Below, one piece after another: positions 1 through 8,512 of a stretch of DNA of 34,638 bases. The stretch's first letter is position 1. Each line of letters opens with the position of its first letter. The stretch comes from a virus (taxonomy: Duplodnaviria > Heunggongvirae > Uroviricota > Caudoviricetes): positions 1 through 34,638 of IMG/VR virus record IMGVR_UViG_2778260991_000004, one strand, 5' to 3'. Under the pieces are notes generated by a model. That model was not told the DNA's origin and searched no databases. It saw only the letters and a program-made list of their open reading frames with translations. Both the position numbers and the translations under genes were made by a program.

Positions 1-1176
1 TCCGCCTGTTTTGGTCTGGTAACGAGCATCAAAGTTTCCGTAGTCTGACGGTGTTACCCGTCCTGAAACATTCACTGACCGGTTGCTTTGTAACGCGCCA
101 TTCTGAAAACGGAATACATGCTGTCCATTGGTATAAACATCCAGCAGGCCGTCACCATTCTGTTTAAAGCCAGTATCACTGTCACCAATTGCAATTGAGT
201 TTCCGCCCAGCGCGTTCTGAACGCCGATACCCAGCGCACCATTGACCTGAGAACCACCGCCAACAGACACTTTATGCGACATGGATATTTCACCCGTCCG
301 CAGATTAATAGTGAACGGGCGAAGTGGACCAATATCGCCATTCTCGCCCTGACCTTCACTGGTAGGGATAAGGTGCAGGCACTCTTCCGAACGACGAAAA
401 ATAAGGCCAAAAGCGTCGTTGAAAATCCTCAGCGCATTAACACCACGGATTTTCAGCTCCCCGGTCATCAAATCACCAGATTTTTTTACATATCGCAGAT
501 CAAAATCTGAATAGATATTTCCAGGGTTTATCACGCTGAAATAGCTTTTCTCGCTATCAAGAAGACAAATCAAAGGAATACCCTTAATGATATCATTCGC
601 TACCAACCCGGACTTGTTCCCCTTATAAAGTGGGAACGTGCCAAGGACCTTTCCGCCTAGTGTTAGTTGAAGTGTCGCCGCGTTGGTATTGTTCTGAACG
701 GGGAAAACGATAATCGGGGTTCGTAGCGTCCAGTCTGTACCTCCATTAACAAAAAACGTCGAGGGAAGTTCCAGCGTCAGTGCGTTTGCAGTGCCACCAG
801 CAACACCCGCAATATAATGACCGCTCTGAAGCTGCGCTATCTGTACGAAATAGTTTTCCGAACCACGCGTGGCAAAGTTAGCCACAACGTCATTAAGGGA
901 CCAACCTTTCGCGGTCGTTCCTTCCTGCCCACGAATGACTTTCAACACATCACCGCTTACCGATACCAGGTGACAAATCTCAAATGCAGACTCTTTATTA
1001 TCGGTAAGCGTAATTTTTGCATAGACGCGTTGCCCGTTCGATTTATTTTCAAAATCGGCAGAAAGCAATTTTGCAAATTTAGCTCCCGTGCCCGGCATCA
1101 CCGGAATATCAGTCTGAATCGTCGTGATATCGCCAGCCAGTGCTGAAACAACGTTATTGCCAAATCCAAGAATCAT
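1..1176 (-). CDS. tail fiber protein, N-terminal portion (3' end runs off the window start)
   Basis: Minus-strand frame open from ATG at 1176..1174 to position 1 (392 codons, no stop; checked triplet by triplet). The ATG overlaps the TGA of the upstream gene (ATGA). Lies directly after the baseplate J and gpI-like genes. Absent from the ORF track because no stop lies inside the window. Confidence 0.5.
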   Translation of the reverse strand, partial: MILGFGNNVVSALAGDITTIQTDIPVMPGTGAKFAKLLSADFENKSNGQRVYAKITLTDNKESAFEICHLVSVSGDVLKVIRGQEGTTAKGWSLNDVVANFATRGSENYFVQIAQLQSGHYIAGVAGGTANALTLELPSTFFVNGGTDWTLRTPIIVFPVQNNTNAATLQLTLGGKVLGTFPLYKGNKSGLVANDIIKGIPLICLLDSEKSYFSVINPGNIYSDFDLRYVKKSGDLMTGELKIRGVNALRIFNDAFGLIFRRSEECLHLIPTSEGQGENGDIGPLRPFTINLRTGEISMSHKVSVGGGSQVNGALGIGVQNALGGNSIAIGDSDTGFKQNGDGLLDVYTNGQHVFRFQNGALQSNRSVNVSGRVTPSDYGNFDARYQTKTGG

Positions 1177-1799
1177 TTTTGAATCACCGTTGTTGCATAG
1201 GAATAAATAAAAGGGAGTTTTACATATTTCTGGTCAATGGCATCTTTAAGAAAATAGCCTATGCCATCGCCATACTCTGGTATCTGAATAGAAAAAACAC
1301 TGTCCGATACAGTCACACTCACATCAAAAGTATGCTGCAATGGCGGGTCTATTCCGTTTTTCCCATGAATGAACCGTGCCACACGGCGCTTTAACCAGTC
1401 AATGCAGAAATGCGAACCGTCAGCCTTATAAAAATTCCAAGTTAATATTCGCTTGAAATAATCATCCGGAACATACGATGCCTGCCCCGGAACATAATTC
1501 CGCATTGCCGCATAAGGGATTGTATTGTATTCAATGGTATCGTATGCGCCGCGTGCAATAGCCTCCTCGGAAACCTGTAGTAAAGGCCTTTCAACGCCAT
1601 AAATCCCGAGTGCAATCCAGTCCAGCAACTGCCCGGTTATTGATTCCGATGTCCAGCATGGCAATGCCAGATTGTTGAGTGAGTCGAGGTATTCCTGAGC
1701 AATTTCATTGTATGCATCAAAGAACGCAACAACATTCGGATCATCTCTGTACTGCACAAATGGATAAGCAGGGAGAATTTTCTCAGTCAGATATTGCAT
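1173..1799 (-). CDS. baseplate/tail-fiber-associated protein (P2 gpI-like position)
   Basis: ORF 1173..1907. The track start at 1907 is TTG; in-frame ATGs at 1856 and 1799. 1799 gives a 17-nt overlap with baseplate J. Start uncertain. Function inferred from position only. Confidence 0.45.
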   Translation of the reverse strand: MQYLTEKILPAYPFVQYRDDPNVVAFFDAYNEIAQEYLDSLNNLALPCWTSESITGQLLDWIALGIYGVERPLLQVSEEAIARGAYDTIEYNTIPYAAMRNYVPGQASYVPDDYFKRILTWNFYKADGSHFCIDWLKRRVARFIHGKNGIDPPLQHTFDVSVTVSDSVFSIQIPEYGDGIGYFLKDAIDQKYVKLPFIYSYATTVIQK

Positions 1800-3009
1800 A
1801 CTTGTTGACCTGAACCTGTGATGCCACCGTTGAAAAATAGGAATAGGTATCGCCATAAACCAGGCTTGTGTCTTTCGCCGGAAGAACAATATGGCCGTTA
1901 ATACCAATGCTCACACTGATTGTTGAGATCAACGTCGCATCAACCAGCAACCTGACGGAACTGGTAAAAATATCCTGGATACGCAGAAGATTTATCGGGT
2001 GTCCGACTTCAATTGAATTGATGTAATCAGCAACGTTTTGCTGCACAGCCATAGCAATACCCGCCGGATCAACATAATCATCAGACACCGTGTTCCAGGT
2101 GATTAGCACCATGACGTTTTGTGATGACGGGATAACGAACGGCACCTGATAAACGTCCGGCGAAACGGTTATTGAAACCGTGCGTTTTTCCACTGCCGCA
2201 CCGGATGGATTGCTTACATCGTTGGTCAGTTTCGAAATATCCGGTACAGATTTGTAAATCGCATAAGCCACATCATACGGATCACCGCCACCAACAACCG
2301 CAACCCATTTCCCCAGCGACGACTGCCGAAAAGAAATCAGGTTTTCTCGCACACCGTTTACTGATTTGAGCATCGCTTTAAAGCAATCCGGTGTTCCCTG
2401 CACACCAAACATGCCGGACTCCATGACTTCGGCGCGGTAAGATGCCCACGTTTGCGCCTCCTGACCTGGCATCCCTGCGGTAAGGTTCGTGCATTTTACA
2501 GGCTGGTCTTTTGGTACTGATGTAATGACCTGCGTCACGGTCCCTTCCGGTACAGCCCATGAGCCTGACGTTGTGGCCACACAGTAAACTGGCTCAGTCT
2601 GCCCGCTTTCCGGTATCACAGTATCGCGGGAAACCGCATACTGGTAGTTACCGTCACCAACCACAAATCCTTTAGGGATACCAAACCCCGGCAACGCCTC
2701 AAACACCACGTATACCGCCGTATTTGTACTTAATCCCTTCTGTGCTCCATATATGTTTCCGAGTTGCATCAGTAACGGAATATTCGCGCCGTATGGGCTT
2801 ACAGAGTTAATAAGGTCCACCCGCGCCTGGTCTATTAATGCCAGCGCCCCTACTGCCGTGCTGGCAAGGTCTGTAATAAGTCCTGCCGGAAGGTTGGCTG
2901 TATATCCAGGTACTTTTTCAGCAACTCTGGTGATAAGATTCGCGAGCAAATCATTGGGTGGCGTAGGCTGCGCACCCGCACTGGTCATAGTAATTGGTAT
3001 TTCTGACAT
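1783..3009 (-). CDS. baseplate J-like assembly protein
   Basis: 408-aa ORF; size and position (after spike/baseplate genes, before the gpI-like gene and tail fiber) fit the baseplate J family; composition typical of a structural protein. Confidence 0.6.
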   Translation of the reverse strand: MSEIPITMTSAGAQPTPPNDLLANLITRVAEKVPGYTANLPAGLITDLASTAVGALALIDQARVDLINSVSPYGANIPLLMQLGNIYGAQKGLSTNTAVYVVFEALPGFGIPKGFVVGDGNYQYAVSRDTVIPESGQTEPVYCVATTSGSWAVPEGTVTQVITSVPKDQPVKCTNLTAGMPGQEAQTWASYRAEVMESGMFGVQGTPDCFKAMLKSVNGVRENLISFRQSSLGKWVAVVGGGDPYDVAYAIYKSVPDISKLTNDVSNPSGAAVEKRTVSITVSPDVYQVPFVIPSSQNVMVLITWNTVSDDYVDPAGIAMAVQQNVADYINSIEVGHPINLLRIQDIFTSSVRLLVDATLISTISVSIGINGHIVLPAKDTSLVYGDTYSYFSTVASQVQVNKYAISD

Positions 3010-3051
3010 ATATCCCCTATATAAAAACCGCCGAAGCGGTTTTAAGTTAAC

Positions 3052-3798
3052 TTATTTTGCCTGTTTCATTTTTTCCACCCTCTCAAGCATTCTTTTTACA
3101 TTTGATGGAGGATAGTTAAATTCATCGCCGTCTCCAAAAGAAATTTTTATAGGCTTCATTTTCATAACCAACTCTTTCAGAACTGCTTTACCAATTTCAG
3201 TTTTTGGCACTATAAAACCATTTCCATACAAGCATGATTTATAAGTTTTATAATATTCACCATTAATCAAAATTGGTGGATATTCTAATGGGCCATCAAT
3301 TTGCACTGAATTATCGCAAAATCCATTACCTTTAGATTTTGAAGCAATAAAAATAGCTATTGTTCCATCATCGCCATACATCAGGAATCTATTTTTACTA
3401 ACACCTTCCAATGGAGGTAATATTATCAGCGCACCATCAATATACCATTCAGCGTAATTCTCTGATTCATTGATTATGTTCTCATTAATTTCATTTAAAG
3501 ATGAATATTCCCTGAATGCATTAGAATACCATTGTCGAACACATGATTCTGTTTTGCACTTCTCTCTTTCATTCCACAAGTCTGAAACAATTTTTCTAAA
3601 AGCTTTCTTATCAGTGCTCTCTAACTTTACTTTTTGATATAAAGAATTTAATTTATCATCAAGTTCAGATAATTCACTGTTGTTGCAAATTAACTTTTCA
3701 GAATATGATTTAGCTTTCGAGCAATCAAAAGATACTGCATTCGCAGTTCCTATTTGTAATAAAAAGGTAAACACTACAAATAATTTTAACTTAGACAT
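3052..3798 (-). CDS. secreted LprI-like (DUF1311-type lysozyme-inhibitor domain) protein; moron
   Basis: ATG at 3798 preceded by AAGGAG; N-terminal signal peptide MSKLKLFVVFTFLLQIGTANA; Cys pattern C-x11-C ... C-x4-C resembling the LprI/DUF1311 N-domain; clearly AT-rich relative to flanking tail genes. Confidence 0.55.
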   Translation of the reverse strand: MSKLKLFVVFTFLLQIGTANAVSFDCSKAKSYSEKLICNNSELSELDDKLNSLYQKVKLESTDKKAFRKIVSDLWNEREKCKTESCVRQWYSNAFREYSSLNEINENIINESENYAEWYIDGALIILPPLEGVSKNRFLMYGDDGTIAIFIASKSKGNGFCDNSVQIDGPLEYPPILINGEYYKTYKSCLYGNGFIVPKTEIGKAVLKELVMKMKPIKISFGDGDEFNYPPSNVKRMLERVEKMKQAK

Positions 3799-4135
3799 CC
3801 TTAATCTCCTTATAAAACAGGAGAACAAATTTTACCCATTCTTAATGTCTGTTCAAGTTCATACTTTACAACCGCGCCCAGTTGAGTATGATTGGACGCA
3901 TGAGGCGTCGAAACCTCCCCCAAAAGCTGATTACCCAGCACCCTACAATGTGTTGGTTTTTTTATGCCTTTTTTTTGTGATGGCAATATGTGCGATCACA
4001 ACCCCGATCAATGTCGGGAGGGCGACGAATACAACACCCGAAAGGGGAATAAGTCCGCGGTATCTTTTGGGCCGTTTCGAACCTCCCGGCGCCACTACGT
4101 TAGTGGCAATTCGAAAAAAGCCAAAAGAGGTTACT

Positions 4136-4696
4136 ATGACCACCCAACTCATCACCGTGTTCAACGGAACCATTTCGAACGAAACCATCCTTCTATGCAA
4201 CGCTCGCGATCTGCATGCCTTTCTCGAAGTAGGTAAACGCTTTGCCACTTGGATTACCGAACGAATCAGCGAGTATGAATTCGTAGAAAATCAGGACTTT
4301 TTGATTATTTCCCAAAATCGGGAAAAAATCGGTAGAGGCAGACCAGCCAAAGACTACCATCTCACCCTGGACACCGCCAAAGAGCTGGCTATGGTCGAAC
4401 GCAACGAAAAAGGACGCCAGATCCGCCGATACTTCATCGAGTGCGAGAAGAAGCTGCGCGAAGATACCACCAGCACACAATCCCCTCTGAATGTTGACAT
4501 CATCATGCGCGTCAGAAACGGCTCGGTTACCCACATTGAGCACCACAAATCAGGCTCAGTTATAACCACAGAATGGGCAATTCACTTACTACGCAAAAGT
4601 GGATGGATTGTCATGCCACGCGATGAACTTCTTAACACGCCACTGGCCCAATTGATACCCGAAAACTTGCCTCAAACCGGAACCTGCGTCCGGTAA
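4136..4696 (+). CDS. phage antirepressor-like regulator (Ant/Rha-type)
   Basis: ATG at 4136 preceded by AAAGAGG; 186 aa; the motif DYHLTLDTAKELAMVERNEKGRQIRRYFIECEKKL resembles antirepressor DNA-binding domains; one of only two plus-strand genes, divergent from the LprI-like gene. Confidence 0.55.
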   Translation: MTTQLITVFNGTISNETILLCNARDLHAFLEVGKRFATWITERISEYEFVENQDFLIISQNREKIGRGRPAKDYHLTLDTAKELAMVERNEKGRQIRRYFIECEKKLREDTTSTQSPLNVDIIMRVRNGSVTHIEHHKSGSVITTEWAIHLLRKSGWIVMPRDELLNTPLAQLIPENLPQTGTCVR

Positions 4697-5019
4697 CTGG
4701 TTCCGTTAAAAAACACAACATCGATGTTATAGGTGGGGTTCTCTGCCCCATCTACTTTTGAAATTGCCAGCGATGCAAAATACCCGGCATACTGTTGCTG
4801 AACCATGTTCACATAGTAGTCCGGGTAAATCTGCTGCACGATGCACTGCTGCGCTGGAATGCCGTAATTCGCGTAAAACGGCGACTCCCCCAACCCCAGC
4901 TTTAACGTCTGAATGAGCGTCGTCAGCCAGCCGTAGGAGAAATCACCGTTGGCGTCTGACTCTACCGCCACCCATTTTTTGTTGCCGTTCGCGTCGGTGA
5001 CGCGGCCCCATGTTCTCAT
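4672..5019 (-). CDS. hypothetical protein (115 aa)
   Basis: ORF 4672..5052; preferred start is ATG at 5019 preceded by GAGGG, which overlaps the stop of the upstream small ORF. No recognisable motif. Confidence 0.4.
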   Translation of the reverse strand: MRTWGRVTDANGNKKWVAVESDANGDFSYGWLTTLIQTLKLGLGESPFYANYGIPAQQCIVQQIYPDYYVNMVQQQYAGYFASLAISKVDGAENPTYNIDVVFFNGTSYRTQVPV

Positions 5020-5026
5020 CGTGCCC

Positions 5027-5173
5027 TCACCACCATCGGATCTGGCCAACAAAATACCCAGACGCCAGAATCAGAAAGACCAACCAGATAAGTAAAAACT
5101 TCCAATTGGGAAATTTCTCGCCCATAACTCGAATCTCAACTAGTAATTTATAAACAATGAAAAGAAACTTCAT
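5027..5173 (-). CDS. small hydrophobic peptide (48 aa), paralog of 5292..5390
   Basis: Hand-translated: MKFLFIVYKLLVEIRVMGEKFPNWKFLLIWLVFLILASGYFVGQIRWW; AAGGGA RBS; shares the core MGExxPNWKFLLIWxVF...QIRW with the 5292..5390 product; below the 60-aa track cutoff. Confidence 0.4.
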   Translation of the reverse strand: MKFLFIVYKLLVEIRVMGEKFPNWKFLLIWLVFLILASGYFVGQIRWW

Positions 5174-5291
5174 ACAAATCCCTTTGTAACAATTACTTAT
5201 ACCAAGTCATTCTATGCTTGAGTTCACGTAGCAAATCATCCATGAAGTAATTTGTTGTTTTTTCATTGCTATATGTAAAGTTATGTAAAAA

Positions 5292-5390
5292 TTACCGCCA
5301 CCGGATCGCCTGAATCAAAGCGGATAGTCCAAATAAGAAAAACACACGCCATATCAACAGGAATTTCCAGTTGGGTAATCTTTCGCCCAT
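5292..5390 (-). CDS. small hydrophobic peptide (32 aa)
   Basis: Internal ATG of track ORF 5292..5498 with consensus AAGGAG 9 nt upstream; product MGERLPNWKFLLIWRVFFLFGLSALIQAIRWR; paralog of the 5027..5173 peptide. Confidence 0.4.
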   Translation of the reverse strand: MGERLPNWKFLLIWRVFFLFGLSALIQAIRWR

Positions 5391-5407
5391 TTCTCGTAAC
5401 TCCTTTA

Positions 5408-5572
5408 TCAGTTTTTCAGGTAAATCAATGTACCCGCCACTAATGCAGTACAAATGATCCAGGCAACAGGCGTAAGTACGTGACGAATCCCTCGGCATAC
5501 CGCGATTATCCTCGCAGCCTTATCTGCTCCTTGCGGAGTTGTCTCAGCCTTAAGAATCAGTTCGCTATCCAT
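5408..5572 (-). CDS. small predicted membrane protein (54 aa)
   Basis: Hand-translated: MDSELILKAETTPQGADKAARIIAVCRGIRHVLTPVAWIICTALVAGTLIYLKN; one hydrophobic helix; ATG overlaps the stop of the upstream small ORF; its stop lies just upstream of the AAGGAG of the next gene. Confidence 0.35.
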   Translation of the reverse strand: MDSELILKAETTPQGADKAARIIAVCRGIRHVLTPVAWIICTALVAGTLIYLKN

Positions 5573-5732
5573 TTAGAACCTTTATGATCTCTGCGATTCC
5601 CGGAAGAGATTTAGCAACAGCAAACCCTCCGATAACTATAAGAACTGCATAAAACATTCTTCTCAGAACCGGACTTCTTTCGAGCAATTTTAGAGCTTCC
5701 ACAATCCAGTCTCCTCCGCTAAAATTAATCAC
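5565..5732 (-). CDS. small predicted membrane protein (55 aa, GTG start)
   Basis: GTG at 5732 with GGAGG 7 nt upstream; product ...RRMFYAVLIVIGGFAVAKSLPGIAEIIKVLNG with one hydrophobic helix; the alternative ATG start would give 30 aa. Confidence 0.3.
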   Translation of the reverse strand: MINFSGGDWIVEALKLLERSPVLRRMFYAVLIVIGGFAVAKSLPGIAEIIKVLNG

Positions 5733-5787
5733 GGAAGACCTCCAAACATACGTAATTATCCCTTGCCTTATTCAAGGTCAGAAACAG

Positions 5788-5826
5788 AAAACCCCGACTG
5801 GGCCAACAGTCGGGGTTTTCGTTTTA
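5788..5826. terminator. bidirectional intrinsic terminator
   Basis: Perfect 9-bp GC-rich stem CCCCGACTG / CAGTCGGGG with a 6-nt loop, flanked by an A-run on one side and TTTTCGTTTT on the other; sits 30 nt downstream of the spike gene. Confidence 0.5.
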
Positions 5827-5857
5827 TGGGTAGTATTTAAAGTGAAATGAACCGGTA

Positions 5858-6571
5858 TTAACCCGGATTTGGTTTCTTCGACGTGATCGTACTGCCACCG
5901 CTTTGAACACCAGTCACATCGTGACTGTGGCTGCTGGCGCTCACGCCGTTGATAACTGCATCTTTCTCGACCTTAAGAGGACCAATCAGCGAAGCGGTTG
6001 TATCCTTCATCTGGGCTTTGTCCTGGACGATCGGTCCGTTGAGGTGAATTTGACCGTTCATGAAGATATCTTCGGCCTCGAGGTAAACAGCTTTCGACTT
6101 TAGCCTGATTTCTTCCGGTGCCACCGTTACCGAGCTACTGCCGTCCTCTGTTTTGATGATCGCGCCATCCGGACCGTACAAAACGATTTTTTGCGGATCT
6201 TCGTCGGACCAGTCCTTGTTTGCCAGTGGCACGAAAAACAGGGGAGTGAGCGACATCGAGTAAGAGAGCGTCGCCATACCGGTTCCCAATCCGGACACAC
6301 CGCGCAGGGATACATCAGCGGCAATTGTTACTCCTCGATCACCCGGCTGTATCGGGTAACGGATATACGGGAATGTGGCGACAGGGATTGTTATCTGCGG
6401 AAAGTTGATCCCCTCTGGCAACATATCAAACTGAACGGTCACTATCTGCCCACTGACATCGACAACATGGCAGGGCAATTCACGGCCTTTAAGCTCGGCT
6501 TGCTGGTTGCCAGAACTGGTCATCATCTCCGACAGCGTTCGGAGAAACGGTAATTTTTGAGCGTTTGACAT
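5858..6571 (-). CDS. baseplate central spike protein (gpV-like)
   Basis: 237 aa; Gly/Val-rich C-terminal region with an SSHSHDV HxH motif near the C-terminus, as in metal-binding spike tips; lies inside the baseplate cluster. Confidence 0.5.
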   Translation of the reverse strand: MSNAQKLPFLRTLSEMMTSSGNQQAELKGRELPCHVVDVSGQIVTVQFDMLPEGINFPQITIPVATFPYIRYPIQPGDRGVTIAADVSLRGVSGLGTGMATLSYSMSLTPLFFVPLANKDWSDEDPQKIVLYGPDGAIIKTEDGSSSVTVAPEEIRLKSKAVYLEAEDIFMNGQIHLNGPIVQDKAQMKDTTASLIGPLKVEKDAVINGVSASSHSHDVTGVQSGGSTITSKKPNPG

Positions 6572-7578
6572 TACACCCTCGCCCAGTTCTCAGCATATGC
6601 CTCAAATACCGTCACCCAGGCATCGCCATCAGCTGTCAGATACGAACCAATGTGTCTGACCGATTTCACAAGAAATTTCCCGGTGAACGTGGTCGAATTT
6701 TTTGCGATAACGCTGGGTGCCGTTGTATTAGCCATCACAATCGACGCAGCGCCAGAATATAGCCCCTCCGGCAGTTTAACCACATCACCACATCTGATAT
6801 CGCCTCTCATAGGACATTTGAAACTGACGGTAAACGGCGCTATCCATGTCGGCTGCCCGACCAGTTCATGGGCATGAATTGTTTTTGGCTCCCCCCACTT
6901 TGCTGACGCGTTATCGTAAATTCGTATTCTGTCGGAAAGAATACTGATGGCAATCCCGCTGTATTTCTCATCGCGCATCATTGCAATTGAAGCACTACGG
7001 AGGACCATAGCCAGCGAACCAATATCTTCGTAGGTTCCATTCCACGGTTCCGGCAAAACGAGGCTGTCGCTGACAGTACAATCGATCAACTTATTCGGAA
7101 ATGCCTTTTGCAACGCACGGAAGATTACATCACCAACCTTTTCCCCTTTAAGCCCCTCCCCCTCGATAGAGAACGGTTTACCATCATCTGTTTTGCGTAC
7201 GGTTGGATTTATTACCAGGTTTAAGGTCTGGTTCGTGCCGATCCAGTTGGCATAGGCCAGATAAATTTCGCCATAAATAACCTCACCCTGTTGCTGTGGA
7301 TTTGCCAAAGGCAATCCCTCAACAAAGCCCGCTTTCATACGGACCAGACACCCCTGCAAACTCACGCTTTGCTTCAGCATGTCGATAGGCAAACCGTATA
7401 TTGTGAGCATCGTTCCTGAATTCACTACATCAAGACCCGCTACCTCCACGTCAAATTCAACATGTAGCCCACACCCGGGGGTTTTACTGGTATCAAAAGG
7501 CCCGATAGGTTTACCGTTGCAATCCACTGGCGGCTTGCCTGTTTTAGGATTAATAATTTCCAGTCGGTAATAACGCAT
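6571..7578 (-). CDS. baseplate structural protein (possible hub)
   Basis: 335-aa ORF between the small tail protein and the spike gene; tightly coupled to both neighbours; function from position only. Confidence 0.4.
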   Translation of the reverse strand: MRYYRLEIINPKTGKPPVDCNGKPIGPFDTSKTPGCGLHVEFDVEVAGLDVVNSGTMLTIYGLPIDMLKQSVSLQGCLVRMKAGFVEGLPLANPQQQGEVIYGEIYLAYANWIGTNQTLNLVINPTVRKTDDGKPFSIEGEGLKGEKVGDVIFRALQKAFPNKLIDCTVSDSLVLPEPWNGTYEDIGSLAMVLRSASIAMMRDEKYSGIAISILSDRIRIYDNASAKWGEPKTIHAHELVGQPTWIAPFTVSFKCPMRGDIRCGDVVKLPEGLYSGAASIVMANTTAPSVIAKNSTTFTGKFLVKSVRHIGSYLTADGDAWVTVFEAYAENWARV

Positions 7579-7844
7579 TACGAAACCTCAAACTGATTCG
7601 TACTTTCGCGAAAAACAAGTTTCCCCGGTGAACAAGGCAGCGCCAGATTGATGTCGTAATTGTCAGGTGACGCGATCAACGGCATGTACACAATCACGTC
7701 GCCAGAACTGTCTTTCAGTTCCAGGTAGTAACGATTTGCATACAGATTAAACGGAACGCGGGCGAATGTTTCATATTCTCCAATTCTGGCCGTGAACTGA
7801 AACGGACCTCGCCCGTCCGGTTTGAAAGGAATTAACGTTGTCAT
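7578..7844 (-). CDS. small tail/baseplate protein
   Basis: 88-aa ORF, overlapping coupling with both neighbours in the baseplate cluster. Confidence 0.35.
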   Translation of the reverse strand: MTTLIPFKPDGRGPFQFTARIGEYETFARVPFNLYANRYYLELKDSSGDVIVYMPLIASPDNYDINLALPCSPGKLVFRESTNQFEVS

Positions 7845-8509
7845 AAGCCAATACCAAACTCCTGCACGACCTGGTTCTTAATACCTGACCACGATAGCGG
7901 CCCGTCTGACTGCATCCCTTTATCAAATTTATCCAGAACGCTCGCCAGCGTCTTTACTGTTTGTTCGACAGATGACAATGGTTGCTCAAATTCAATCTGC
8001 CAGGTATGCTGCACTTGCTTGTTCTGCTCAGAGAAACCGGATGTATCGATAAACGACCGCATCAGGCAACGCGTATAGATAAACGACGGAGTCAGAACGG
8101 TGTAACAACCGCCATACTGATTATGCATATCAAGCGCCATTTTCAGCGCCGTGAACGTCATTCCCTTCGTGGTGTAGCCACCGTCCTCCGTTGATGCCGG
8201 ACGGATCATCTGCATGACTACCCGGTTAGGCTTCCTGACGGTCGCATTCGCTGCCGTTACCTGGTTATAGAAATTCAGGTTGCAAATATCCTGCTGGACT
8301 AACGTTGTCCCCGCCATCGGGGTAAATGCCGCCATCAAGCGTGTGCGTATCTCGCCATGCAGCAGACCATTCGCAATGCTTAGGCCTTCGGTCAAAACAG
8401 CAATCGGCATCACCCCGCCGGGAATTTTCGACGCTATGCCATCAACTAAAAGAATGGGCGATACTTCAAACGCCAGTTTGAAAGCTTGTCCAAAGTAATT
8501 AAGTGACAT
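7841..8509 (-). CDS. tail/baseplate protein downstream of tape measure
   Basis: 222-aa ORF starting 4 nt after the tape measure stop; function from position only. Confidence 0.35.
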   Translation of the reverse strand: MSLNYFGQAFKLAFEVSPILLVDGIASKIPGGVMPIAVLTEGLSIANGLLHGEIRTRLMAAFTPMAGTTLVQQDICNLNFYNQVTAANATVRKPNRVVMQMIRPASTEDGGYTTKGMTFTALKMALDMHNQYGGCYTVLTPSFIYTRCLMRSFIDTSGFSEQNKQVQHTWQIEFEQPLSSVEQTVKTLASVLDKFDKGMQSDGPLSWSGIKNQVVQEFGIGL

Positions 8510-8512
8510 GGT

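Noticed and set aside
72-410. 112-aa minus-strand ORF and plus-strand ORFs in 274..1394
   Set aside because: They lie inside the long open tail-fiber frame (1..1176), which the ORF track omitted because it has no stop in the window; these are alternative-frame artefacts.
3908-4090. Two copies of TCGAA(A)CCTCCC in the divergent intergenic region between the LprI-like and antirepressor genes
   Set aside because: Only two short copies; could be chance; mentioned as a possible operator but not called as a feature.
3943-4248. 101-aa minus-strand ORF overlapping the antirepressor start region
   Set aside because: Overlaps the better-supported antirepressor gene and the divergent intergenic region; highly basic translation; no RBS.
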